Of a stretch of DNA of 64,000 nt, positions 50,701 through 61,527 are shown one piece after another. Within the stretch, counting starts at the first letter, position 1. Every line of letters begins with the position of its first letter. The notes beneath the pieces are model-generated. The model was not told the origin of the DNA, did no database searches, and saw only the letters and a program-made list of their open reading frames with translations. This stretch comes from Rhizodiscina lignyota (lineage: Eukaryota): assembly GCA_010015805.1 (NCBI GenBank), contig ML978124.1, positions 620,001 to 684,000 of the forward strand. The letters run 5' to 3'. The position numbers and the translations under genes are program-made.

Positions 50701-53530
50701 ATGGACAGCTTTTCATTTGCCAGCTCATCTGATGTCGACCTTCCAGTTTACGTGAAGATGTAAGGAGCGAAAAGCGCACCGCCCATGACGACTTGTAGGC
50801 TTCGAGGCAGCTAATCGACCCGTAGAGATGCGCTTCATGGCTACCAGACGCCGATACCAGCTTCAGTGCTGCTTAAGAGACCCGATCTAAAACATAGAGG
50901 GTCGAATTTGAGGTGCGCATGTTGCCAACATGGGTTGAGGTGGGCTAGCTAACTTACCCAGTCCTCACTCAGAGCTCTATGTGACCGCGCAAATATGGGC
51001 GGACAGCAAGCCTTTGACCGTCCCCGTTCAGACTACGTACAAAGTCTTCAAGACTAGCCGAACCTGGAGTGAATGGCTCACAATACCGATTTCATATGCT
51101 AGTGTACCGCTAAGCTCACAACTGGCCATCACGATCTGGGATCTCTCACCGGCCGGAGGCGAGGATGCACATTTCCATGCGATACCGTTCGGCGGCACCA
51201 CCATACCTCTTTTTGATAAAGACAACACTCTCCAGAAGGGAACTCAGAAGTGTCTGATACATCGGAACAAGGCTGCAGATGGGTTCTCAGATTCGACGAC
51301 ACCGCATATCCTCCCTCTTAGTCGACGACGGGATGAAGACGGGAAGGTACCGGAACAGCCACTAGATGCGCGGGAACAGGAGCTCGAGAGGGTGGAAGCA
51401 TTGATCAAGAAGCGTGAGATGGGAGAGATACCAGAGAACAGGTGGCTGGATCAGTTCGTCTTCCGTCAGTTCGAGAAGCTCGAAAGCGGGCTCAGAAAGG
51501 ATGCGCACCGGAGGCACAGAGCGACCGTACACAATTCAGCGCATGTTAATGGAGCAACTGCAAATGGTAGTGTGCACACATATGAGGAGGACGAGGGCAT
51601 ATTCCACTTATACATCGAGTTTCCTCGCTTCGACCACCCCATTGTCTTCACAGACAAGGAGTATCCAGCACCTCCAATATCTACAATGCAGGCGTCGCAT
51701 TCCGAAGTACGCTTAAGGCCACCTCCTGAAGTTTCTCCTGGGCCTGGCATAGACAGCGGAGATGATCCAGCTGCTGGACGTTTGATCCGGATATATGACC
51801 CTGAGGTCGGGATTCGAGACAACCCAGCAGAGAGCAAGCATAGAAGGCTTGTGCGAAGTCACAGGACCGGCGTCCTTGATCGCGACCTTAAGCCAAATGC
51901 CAAGATTCGAGATGAACTGAATACGATCATGTCCTACGGACCTACACAGGACCTCAACCCCGAAGAGAAGGACTTGGTTTGGAAGTTCAGGCATCATTTG
52001 ACGCGTGACAAGCGGGCATTGACAAAGTTCGTCAAGTCCGTCTCCTGGAGCGACCCAAGTGAAGCGAGGCAAGCAGTGCAGATGCTCCCTAGATGGACCG
52101 AGATTGATGTAGATGATGCACTGGAGCTTCTCGGACCGACATTTGACAATCCCGCTGTACGAGCATACGCTGTTGACAGACTGCGCAAGGCAGATGATGA
52201 AGAGCTACTTCTCTATCTACTGCAGCTCGTACAGGCTCTCAAATTTGAAAAGGTCGCAGTCGCTGAAGACGGTTCTTCAGCAGATGACTCTTCTCTGGCT
52301 CTCTTTCTGGTCACCAGGGCGGCAGATAATTTCCTGCTGGGCAACTTTCTTCATTGGTATTTGATGGTGGAATGTAGTGACAACTCACCCCAGCAAGGGG
52401 ACGTACATCGAAAGCTGTTTGCCAAGGTCGAATACGATTTCATGACCGAGCTCATGAAGCGACCAGAGGGCCCTCAAAATCGCAAGACTCTTCGAAGGCA
52501 AGGTGAACTGATCACTATCCTCTCGAAGATATCAAAAGATGTTCGTCACTCTCGCGACGACCGACCAAGGAAAATTGAGAAGCTCAAGCGCTATCTCGCC
52601 GATCCCAAGAACGAGCTAGTTCAGTTTGACTCGCCACTACCATTACCTCTCGACCCTACAGTTCTGATCACAGGCTGCTTACCAGAACAGTCCAACGTAT
52701 TCAAATCATCCTTATTCCCTCTCCTCATCACCTTCAAGACGTCTACTGGCTCAAACTACCCCGTCATCTTCAAGACCGGTGATGATCTCCGGCAAGATCA
52801 GCTCGTCATTCAAATCATCACCCTCATGGATCGTCTCCTGCGCAAAGAGAATCTCGACCTCAAGCTCACCCCGTACCGCATTCTCGCGACATCACCAATC
52901 GCAGGCGGCGTCCAATTCATCCCGTCATCGTCCGTAACAGCCGCATGTCAGAAGCACAAGACCCTTCTCAACTACCTCCGCCATCACAACCCTGATTCGT
53001 CCGAGCCACTTGGGGTGCGGAAACAGGCCATGGAAACTTACGTCAAGTCCGTTGCAGGCTACTGTGTCATCACCTTCCTTCTCGGCGTAGGCGATCGGCA
53101 CTCCGAAAATCTCCTTCTCACGCCAGACGGTCATTTCTTCCACGCTGACTTTGGCTACATCCTTGGCCGCGACCCAAAGCCCTTCGCACCCCTCTTCAAA
53201 CTCGGTCGCGAGATGGTTGAAGGAATGGGCGGCCTGTCGTCCCCGCACTGGGTGGAGTTCAAGCAGTACTGCTTCACCGCGTACACTGCGCTGAGAAAGA
53301 ATGCAAATTTGATTCTCAATCTGTTTGCTTTGATGGGGCGTGCGAATATTCCGGATATCAGGCTGGAGCCGGATAAGGCCGTTCTGAAGGTGCTGGAGCG
53401 GTTCCATTTGGAGCTGAGCGAGGAAGAGGCGATTCGGTACTTTGAGGGCGTGACGAACGATATGGTCGGCGCAGTTATGCCGGTCGTGATTGATAAGCTG
53501 CATGGCTTCGTGCAAGGTTGGAGGGCATGA
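50701..53530 (+). CDS. VPS34: Class III phosphatidylinositol 3-kinase Vps34
   Basis: Start MDSFSFASS with two 5' introns; C2 and helical domains ('LLYLLQLVQAL'); kinase motifs FKTGDDLRQDQL, GDRHSEN, HADFG. Confidence 0.97.
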
Positions 53531-53932
53531 TTGTAACGAAGGTCGACGTTCCAAATAGACTTGTCTGTAGACAATAAGGCCTTTACGAAGGGCCTTTTCT
53601 TACATCCAAATTACGATGTATTCGTGCACTTAAATATGATAAGAGTCCGCTTAATTTGATTCCTAGCTTTGAATGCCCTTGAGGGTGAAGACAGTCGTAT
53701 ACTTCGCGTCTCGACTTTGATGAATGAGCCTTTATAGAGGTGTAACGGATCGATTAGGTCGGGGTATGGCAAAGTTGAGATGTATTCATACAGACGATAT
53801 TCCAAGCCAGTTCCTGTCAATATACATATGTCGTCTTTTGAGAACCCGTCTACCAAATCCATGCGCCAAAACATGCATTATATGTACACCCTGGAGAGAC
53901 TGACCACTCTACGTGAATCCATCTCTTGCATC

Positions 53933-54304
53933 TCAAAGCGATCCACCTCCTATGAAGCCAGCACTCGACTGCTCCCGCTGCATCCGCGATACGTATTGCT
54001 TGCTGACAGCATTCCACGCTGCCATGTACTTCTCCATGCATGCGCTATAGCAGCCTTCTTCGCTTCGGGAGAGGGAGGTCGATGGTTTCGGGACGCAGCG
54101 TTCGAAGCAATGCTCGTTGACTTTCTGCAAAATGTGTGAACATCATGAATACACCAGCCCTTGATTTTAAGAAGAGCAAGAGAAGCGTGGAAATACCTCT
54201 ATCAGAGCCTTTGCATTGGCGACTGCAGCTTCTTGTCGGACTTGGTTCATGATCGTCGTCTTCGCGTCGCCTCCGGAGAGGGAGCCCGTACTTAATGAGT
54301 CCAT
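53933..54304 (-). CDS. TIM13: Mitochondrial small Tim chaperone Tim13
   Basis: 'QVRQEAAVANAKALIE/KVNEHCFERC...CYSACMEKYMAAWNAVS' twin CX3C motif; intron at ~54125-54196. Confidence 0.92.
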
Positions 54305-54635
54305 TTTGGAAATTTAATGGCGTTCGCAAGGCTCGGAGAATAATAGAGAGAATTGGACTGAAGCTTGAGAGGTTGCGGAGCTAGCTTGATCGTCTATTGC
54401 GGAGGAAAAAGTTCAGGCCAATGATGTCGATGTTCGCGAGAATCTCGGCGCGTGCTCGCGCGCCTTCAAGAGGACAGCTTGAAATTGAACAGCACTTTTG
54501 CATTCGCGTACGCAACCACAACGTCCGAATTCGCCAATTCCGACGCTTGCTCGAGCTCGAGGGGCTGAATTGTGACATCGTCGCGCCCATCTTTGGCCTC
54601 ACTTTTTTGGCGTGGCGCGCGCCTTGAAGTTCAAC

Positions 54636-55850
54636 ATGTTATTGCAGCGACCATGGAACTGGTTATGGCTGCTCGCAGGGAGCTTTATGGCAAGTGCACA
54701 ACAAGAAGGAGATTTTAAGAGTATACCAGTATGTATGCCAATGCAAATTCGTAATATCATGCTAACTTGCGCAGCTTCGGACGCATACGCTCCAGCAGGT
54801 CCGTCTTTCACACCTCGATTCAAATCCCCTCGTATCACATCATATTCCTCTCCAAGCAGCTTCCCCAGACGGATAGGCTAACATTAATACCGTTCCATAG
54901 CCATATCTGGACTCTGATATGCAAAGTCGGTGGTTCGATTTCGGCGGAGACACGCTGGTACGGACAGATTCTTTCATAAGGCTTACTGCGGATAAGCCTT
55001 CAAGAGATGGCTGGCTGTTTTCGCGAGTCCCCCTGACGGCGACGAATTTTGAGGTATGCTCTCTGCCTTCTCTATTTAGCGTTAGAAAGGACAGCTAGTA
55101 ATCCATAGGCCACAGATCGAAGTCGAGTTCAAGATCCATGGCCAGGGCAATCTATACGGCGATGGCATGGCAATGTGGATCACGAAGCAACGCGCACAGC
55201 CAGGCAAAGTTTTTGGATCCATGGACAAGTTTGAAGGGTTGGGTCTCTTCTTCGACACATACAAGAACAACAGGCCTGGGGTTGTTTTCCCATATGTAAT
55301 GGCCATGCTTGGAGACGGGGAGACGGAGTACGATAAGGGCAACGACGGCAAGGCGAACGAACTGGCAGGATGCTCCGTACGTAGCAACCCATGTATAGTA
55401 GAGCGATCATGCTAACTTCATAACTAGGCAAGAGGCATTCGCAACCAGAACTTCCCCACGAAAGCGAAGCTCACCTATTTCCAAGACAAGCAGCTTACAC
55501 TCGAGCTGCAGTACAAGACGGAGGACGAGTGGACGCCCTGCTTTTCTCTTCCTAACATCAAGCTTCCCTCCGTCACCTACCTAGGCTTCTCAGCCGAGAC
55601 CGGCGAGCTCAGCGATAACCACGATATTATTTCCGTTTCGACCAAGAACCTCTACCAACCTGCCGGAAGCAACACCAAGATCTCCAACAAATCACCTGGC
55701 ACCCGCCCGTTCGGCGCAAGCTCTGAGGCAAGAGAAGGCGGAGGCTGGGGTTGGTTTTTCGTCAAGTTTATCATCTTCGGGTTGGTCGTTACGGGCGCCT
55801 ACGTTGGCTTCACTGTCTGGCGATCGCAGAGGAACCGGTCGAGGTTTTGA
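54636..55850 (+). CDS. L-type lectin cargo receptor (VIP36/ERGIC-53/Emp47-like)
   Basis: Signal peptide; 'LYGDGMAMW', 'GLGLFFDTYKN', 'YLGFSAETGELSDNHDI'; C-terminal TM and short ...RSRF tail; four introns. Confidence 0.92.
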
Positions 55851-56009
55851 ATCTTTCAATAGGCCTTTAGGGGATGCGGGATTCGGCATGGTGGGTTCTG
55901 GAGCGTTTCAGCAGATGTCAAAAGTACTCAGTTGTGACAGCATTTCTGGCGCCAGGTGTAGTATTCACTTTGTATATGTACCAAAGTTCAAAATTTTACG
56001 GATAAAATG

Positions 56010-57180
56010 AGTGCCTCATGTAGTAGTTCAAGGTCGGCATGGCTAACAAAAGTGCCGCTTAGGGGAAGCTGGAGACTCCAAGAGGCACAAAATAACTGAG
56101 CAACTTGAAGTCGAACACGTGCAGGTGCTCGTAGCAGTTTGGTGAGGTGTACGGGATACTGTATCCACGGCTCCGTCCATTTCATTCTCCGAAGGAAGTG
56201 AGCCGTGTAACAAGTCGAGGGCAGATGGAAGGCCACCTCAGTGTGCTGTGATTCCCTCATTCTGCGACGGAGATAGTATTTCAATAATGGAGAGCGGAAT
56301 GCAGGGTACTCTCAACATGTTGCCGGATTGACAAACATGCTCGGCCTCGTCCTTTCGAGGCACTTTGCTTCACTGTCACAAGTCATTTTAGCACCAAGTA
56401 GTTTCATATTGGACTGAGCGGCGTGAAATGAATTAAACAATGAATTATCTATCTATGGTGCGGGTCAGATTAGCTCTCTTGTGTTTGCATCAACAACCAC
56501 GGTCGTGAGGCCAGGCTGTTTAGAACTTTGGCTTTTGGTCATTTGTGTCATCACTCCCGCAATGTTGCCTTCCAGCGGCCATCCCCCACACATCGTACTT
56601 CTTGCACCCAGAAAGAGAGCGGAGAAACACGAGGTCCCCAGGTCTTCGCGCTCGGGTTGAAAACTATGATATGACGTTCTCATCAGCAGGCAAAGCCGTC
56701 ACCGTTGTTGTTCATAAAGAACACGCGGGATGCGACTGCGCTTCGAACAGGCACGGTGCTATAGCGTGTCGTCACAGTGCAGAAGACCGGACTCTCCATA
56801 TTCTCTTGCACACTCCCCCTCCAAATGGTCGAAGCAAACGAGGTGTGAAACACCTGACCTGGAAAGCGTGAAAACCACAGTACCCTTCTGATCGCTGCTC
56901 TTCTCATTTGAATTGTCACTCACGCCCCCAATCTCATTGGGTAAAACCCATCCCAGATTCCGACCATAGTGGTCAGACAAAGGGATTGATTGATTGGGAT
57001 ACTCGTGACAAGTGGTGTAGGTAATGGATTGTCTTCCTCAGGGTGACCTAGAAATCGCTGTCAGATAAAGCCAGTAGTCCGCGAGAATGATTTTGACGCA
57101 CCGTGAATTTTCAAGTTTTCTTCTGTAGGGAAGAAACTGTGAAGAAGTTGAGGTTAGAGAAAGGGTTGTGAAGTTTAAGT
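56010..57180 (-). ncRNA. Candidate spliced, highly structured non-coding RNA / snoRNA host transcript
   Basis: No convincing ORF. Pyrimidine-rich 5' end near 57120-57180; canonical intron 57048-57101; multiple long complementary stems whose G-U pairs mostly favour the minus strand. Boundaries approximate. Confidence 0.55.
56459..56561 (-). ncRNA. Box C/D snoRNA (or C/D K-turn module)
   Basis: Minus strand reads TGCGGG-A-GTGATGA (box C, 56554-56548) ... CTGA (box D, 56468-56465)-CCCGCA, giving a perfect 6-bp terminal stem. Internal D'/C'-like CTAA and TTGATGC; length 103 nt. Confidence 0.72.
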
Positions 57181-57374
57181 AGGCTGCAGCCAGTTTCGCG
57201 CTAGTGGCGCCATGCCCGCAGTTCTGCCGACACGCCGACGTCGCCGATTGGACGCTAGTTTGCGGGAGGTTTCGAAACAATCGATACGCACGTGCGGCTT
57301 TCATCTCTTCCATCATTTAACGCATACCATGTATTGATAGATCCGGTTTTGATTTTCATTGAAGCGTTGGTGAG

Positions 57375-58986
57375 ATGTCGTCGTGGGTCTCACGCACGAC
57401 CGGCTCGCACAAAGTGCAGCTCGCAGCAGCAGCCGCAGTTTCATCTGCGCTGACATTTGGTCTCGTGGTGGGATATCAGAAGTTTCGGAGGAAGAAGCGC
57501 GTGGAAGATCTCAAGTCTTCCATTCCCGATATTAGCCAAGAGCATATTGCGACTCAAGTGAGACGAACATCCTCTCAAGTGTATGCTCTATCGCTAACCC
57601 GCAAGCAAAGTTGACCGACTGGGGCGCTGCTTCGGACGTACTCAAACCTAGCAAAGAGGACGAGAGAAGTGCAGCACTGGCATTGCGAGCGCGGCAAGGT
57701 GATTACGATGATGGTAGGTTGACTGCATTGTACTACACAGCCATGCACTAATCATAGCTGCAGAACTTATCCTCGAGCAGCTGGCGCGCAATCGCGTGTT
57801 CCTCACGGATGACGGCCTTTCGAAACTCCGCTCCTCCTTCGTCATCGTTGTTGGCTGTGGTGGTGTAGGCTCGCATGCTGTTGCAGCATTGGCCCGCTCG
57901 GGCGTATCCACTCTTCGCCTGATTGATTTTGACCAGGTCACGTTGTCAAGTCTCAATCGACACGCTGTAGCTACGCTCGCAGATGTCGGTACTCCGAAGG
58001 TGCACTGCTTGCGAAAACGGCTAGAGCAGATCACTCCGTGGACTCACTTTGACTGTCGGAACGAACTCTTCAGCGAACAAGCTGCGGATCGGCTGTTGGG
58101 AGCATATGAAGGGAGAATGCCCGACTACGTTGTCGATGCAATTGACAACATTGACAGCAAAGTTTTCTTACTGCAATATTGCCACGGAAATGGCATTCCT
58201 GTAGTCTCATCAATGGGTGCAGGATGCAAGTCAGATCCGACGCGAATCTTCATCGGAGATATTTCCGCCAGTACGGACGATCCTTTATCAAGGTCAACCC
58301 GGCGGCGCCTGCGGATGTTGGGTGTCAAAGAGGGCATACCTGTCGTGTATTCGAGCGAAAAGCCTGGTCCGGGAAAGGCGCAGTTACTACAGTTGCCTGA
58401 AGAGGAGTTTAAAAAGGGAGGAGTAGGCGAGCTGGGCGTCCTCCCAGATTTCCGGGTGCGAATACTACCTGTATTGGGCACAATGCCGGCAATGTTTGGA
58501 CTAACAGTTGCGAACCATGTCATTCTTGAAGTCACTGGCTATCCGCACGACTACCTACCAAGCAAGGGCCGTGAGAAGATGTATGAGAGCATTCTGAACA
58601 ACGTGCAGGCGCTGGAAGAGCGTCTCGCTCGTACATCTGGGCAGGATCCGGTGGGGGTACGAGTCCCAATCACGCTCGACGATGTGGGATATATTGTGGA
58701 GGAAGTCTTCCGCGGTCGTAGCGCTGTAAGCGGATTGCCGTCGCGGTTGACATTGACGAGATGGACTGCGCCCGAGGAGGATTTTATTGACGATACCATT
58801 GAAGGACAGAAGTGTTCAAAGGTACGAATGCGAGATTTGGTCTGCATGACAAAGGATGAAGCGGCAAGACACGAAACAGAGATCTTGAAGGGGAGCAAAA
58901 ATGTGGAAGATCTGTATTCGCCGCAGATTGTTACGCTCGTGCAGTCGAGGCTTGAAGAAGAAGCGTACTATGAGCAGTTCAGATAG
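57375..58986 (+). CDS. tRNA threonylcarbamoyladenosine dehydratase (ThiF/E1-like, Tcd1/Tcd2 family)
   Basis: N-terminal TM; 'VVGCGGVGS', 'DFDQVTLSSLNRH', 'VVDAIDNIDSK', 'SSMGAGCKSDPT', 'VRILPVLGTMP'. Introns 57558-57610 and 57714-57762. Confidence 0.93.
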
Positions 58987-59147
58987 TAAATACAGCAGAG
59001 GATACCTTTCAGTCTCTAGCATGTCTTGAATCTTGGTGCAACGTGTCAAGATGTGCTAGTGAGGCTGATCTGTAGAATGTGTTTTATGTATGTCTAGCAT
59101 TTAAGTAAACTTGTACTGAAACTTTTAGTGAGGCGTTGAAACAAGCC

Positions 59148-60980
59148 TCAAATGTAATTGCCTTGAGGCTTCACAGACTTTTCAATGTCTACATGAGTCT
59201 CCTCCGGCGCCTCCGAACCGGTAGGACTATCTCCGCTCAAGCTTGCATCGGCTTCTCGGAGATTTGTCGGGAACGGGAAAGCCAAGTACATAAGGTAGTA
59301 AGAAAGGCCTGAAAGTACTAAGCCGTCAAGCCACGACAGTGTGTAGAATGCCTGAATCCCGCGGCTCACAGAAATTTCTGGATTGATATTATGGATCAGA
59401 CCCGGGAGCAGCGGTGCCATGCCGATCAAGAGAGCCGCTAACGCACGAGGATTGACGCCACCTGTGAACCAGTACAATCCACCCGGGCGATACAGTTGGT
59501 AGACGTTAAGGCCACCACTACGGCGGCGCACAAGCCAGTAGTCGGACAACAAGATGCCAATAAGCGGACCAAGGAAGACCGTATATCCGTTAAGGAAAGC
59601 AAAGAAACGTTGTGCTTTTGCTTGTAGAAGCCATGGACAGATTGCCCAGCCGAGCACAGCACAAATGAGCTGACCCCGGCGGATGTTGATATATTTTGGA
59701 AACATACCAGTCAGATCGTTGGCGAACGGAATTGAGTTTCCTGCCACGTTTGTTGCGATATTGGCGAAGGCGAAGCAGAAGCCTGCGAAGAATTTACCTG
59801 CACGGTTGTCCCAGAGGGCGACGACGTCCAGTGGATTCCAAAGAACTTGCCCGTAGATGACTTGAGCGGATGCGGCCATAACTGTACCGAGCAGTTCAGT
59901 AAGAGTAATCATGACAGGTAGCATGGCCTGCATTTGCCATGCCCTTTTTCGGTCGTGCGCATATCGAGTGATGTCTGACATGTTGATGGCAAAGGTGGCA
60001 TTGCCGGATATCGAAGCCGTGATTGTGAGACAAAACGCGTAACCAACAGACCAACCACCCTGAATGTTGTTAGGGATTCTGAAAAGTGGGCCCCAGCCGT
60101 GCGCTGCAGTAAGGGCCCATGTAAAGAGCGCTACGCCGAAGAATGGCATGATTGCACACTTGATGATGAACATCCAACGTAGTGCAGGAATGCTCAAGAA
60201 CAGGAACGGGATGGAGATGAGCCAGAAGAGGAAGAATGACAAGAGCTCAGGCGCCGTAATGAATGCGCTCTCAGGAAGAGAGTTGATATGCCAGCTCTTA
60301 AAGCTAATGTCCGCATGTCAGAATCGGCGAATTTCCACACGAATGAACAGTACTCACCTTGGCCAGATCGCTTCGAGCATACATCTAACTGCATCGCCGC
60401 CCACTGAAGATTGAACCCCATACCAGATTACACATACAACCGCGCGGATCACTAACTATCCGTCAGCTACATCCAAGGCCCTCCAGGAATATCTTTGCAT
60501 ACCCATTGCTACGTATGCACCTTTCATACCAAAGCTCGATCGCGATATGACGGGGAAGTTCAAGCCGTATTTCGAGCCAAGGTAACCAGAGCTCATTGTT
60601 GGAAGCGTAACGAGCAGATTGCCGACGAGACATGCCACTATAGTGAGGCCGGGGTTCAGCCCAAGAGCAACCGCACTGCTGGGCGTTTCAAGCTGTGCTA
60701 CATTAAAGCCCTCTGCAATCCAGAAGCCACCAACATGATACCTATTAGAAGTGTCAGCTAGCGCCCTACCTCATATATGAACCACCTCTTCACAGAAAGA
60801 TCCTTTTCAAAATCAACTCATTGGAAATAGAGATTGGCCATACCATTCCCACTTCTTCCGCTCTGTTGGTACTGGATCCAAATCTTTGTTGCTGTACCTA
60901 GCTGCTTCTGGCTCGCTGGTAAAGGATCCTTTCTCCGGCTCGAGCTTAATCCGCTCGTGAAATGACCGGAGCGCATTCAT
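59148..60980 (-). CDS. NCS1 (Fur4/Dal4-type) nucleobase/allantoin/hydantoin permease
   Basis: 'YSNKDLDPVP..RKKW', 'FPVISRSSFG..G', 'NMSDITRYA', 'PKYINIRRG', 'ICPW', 'LSDYW', 'GVNPRALAA'; three introns. Confidence 0.93.
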
Positions 60981-61527
60981 GTTGACGGAGAGTGTTTGAG
61001 GGGATGAACACAGGAGAAAGAACGAGCCCAAGGGCTCTATAACAAAGTAACGAGACGAGGTAATGAGGAAAGAGAGACTTTCGACCTGCCTTTAAAAAAT
61101 TCCTACAGAAACCCCAGCCCCGCGCAGCTTACCGGCTGATTTGTGTCTAGATAAGAAGTGATAGACATTTCCACCGCGTTAAATCCTGCGAACCTGTCTT
61201 CTGGGCCCTGCTTTGGATGCGGCTGCTGGGATGGTGTTGAAGATGTAGAGGAAAACGATGATGCTGCTAGAGATATCGGATGCTTGTTCCCGAGTAACAA
61301 TGGACTTTGTCATCGCCAGAGCGCCGAATAACGGCGTCTACCCCAGACGTAACGGAGAACAGCGCAGTAAGAACTAATAGATAACGAAAAGGCTTCCACT
61401 TACACATTCCTCGCATTCCAATTACTCTCAGTCGGCTCATAGGCGCGTGCACCGAGGATGCGTTTCTCAGCGTACACGGCAATAACGGCGACACGTCGAA
61501 TTGGAATTCTGCAACAATTTCGCAACT
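60981..61527. promoter_or_regulatory. Bidirectional promoter of the NCS1/hydantoinase pair
   Basis: GATA sites at 61150, 61160, 61272 and 61380; TCGG-N10-CCGA at 61276-61293; CGCCG-AATAA-CGGCG palindrome at 61322-61336; AATAACGGCG repeated at 61327 and 61481. Confidence 0.55.

Noticed and set aside
55990..57200. Telomerase RNA, U1/U2/U3, snR30, RNase P/MRP or SRP identity for the structured locus
   Set aside because: I could not find the diagnostic motifs (TAACCCTAA template, ATACTTACC, AUAUUCCUA/AAACCAU, P4 conserved regions) on either strand.
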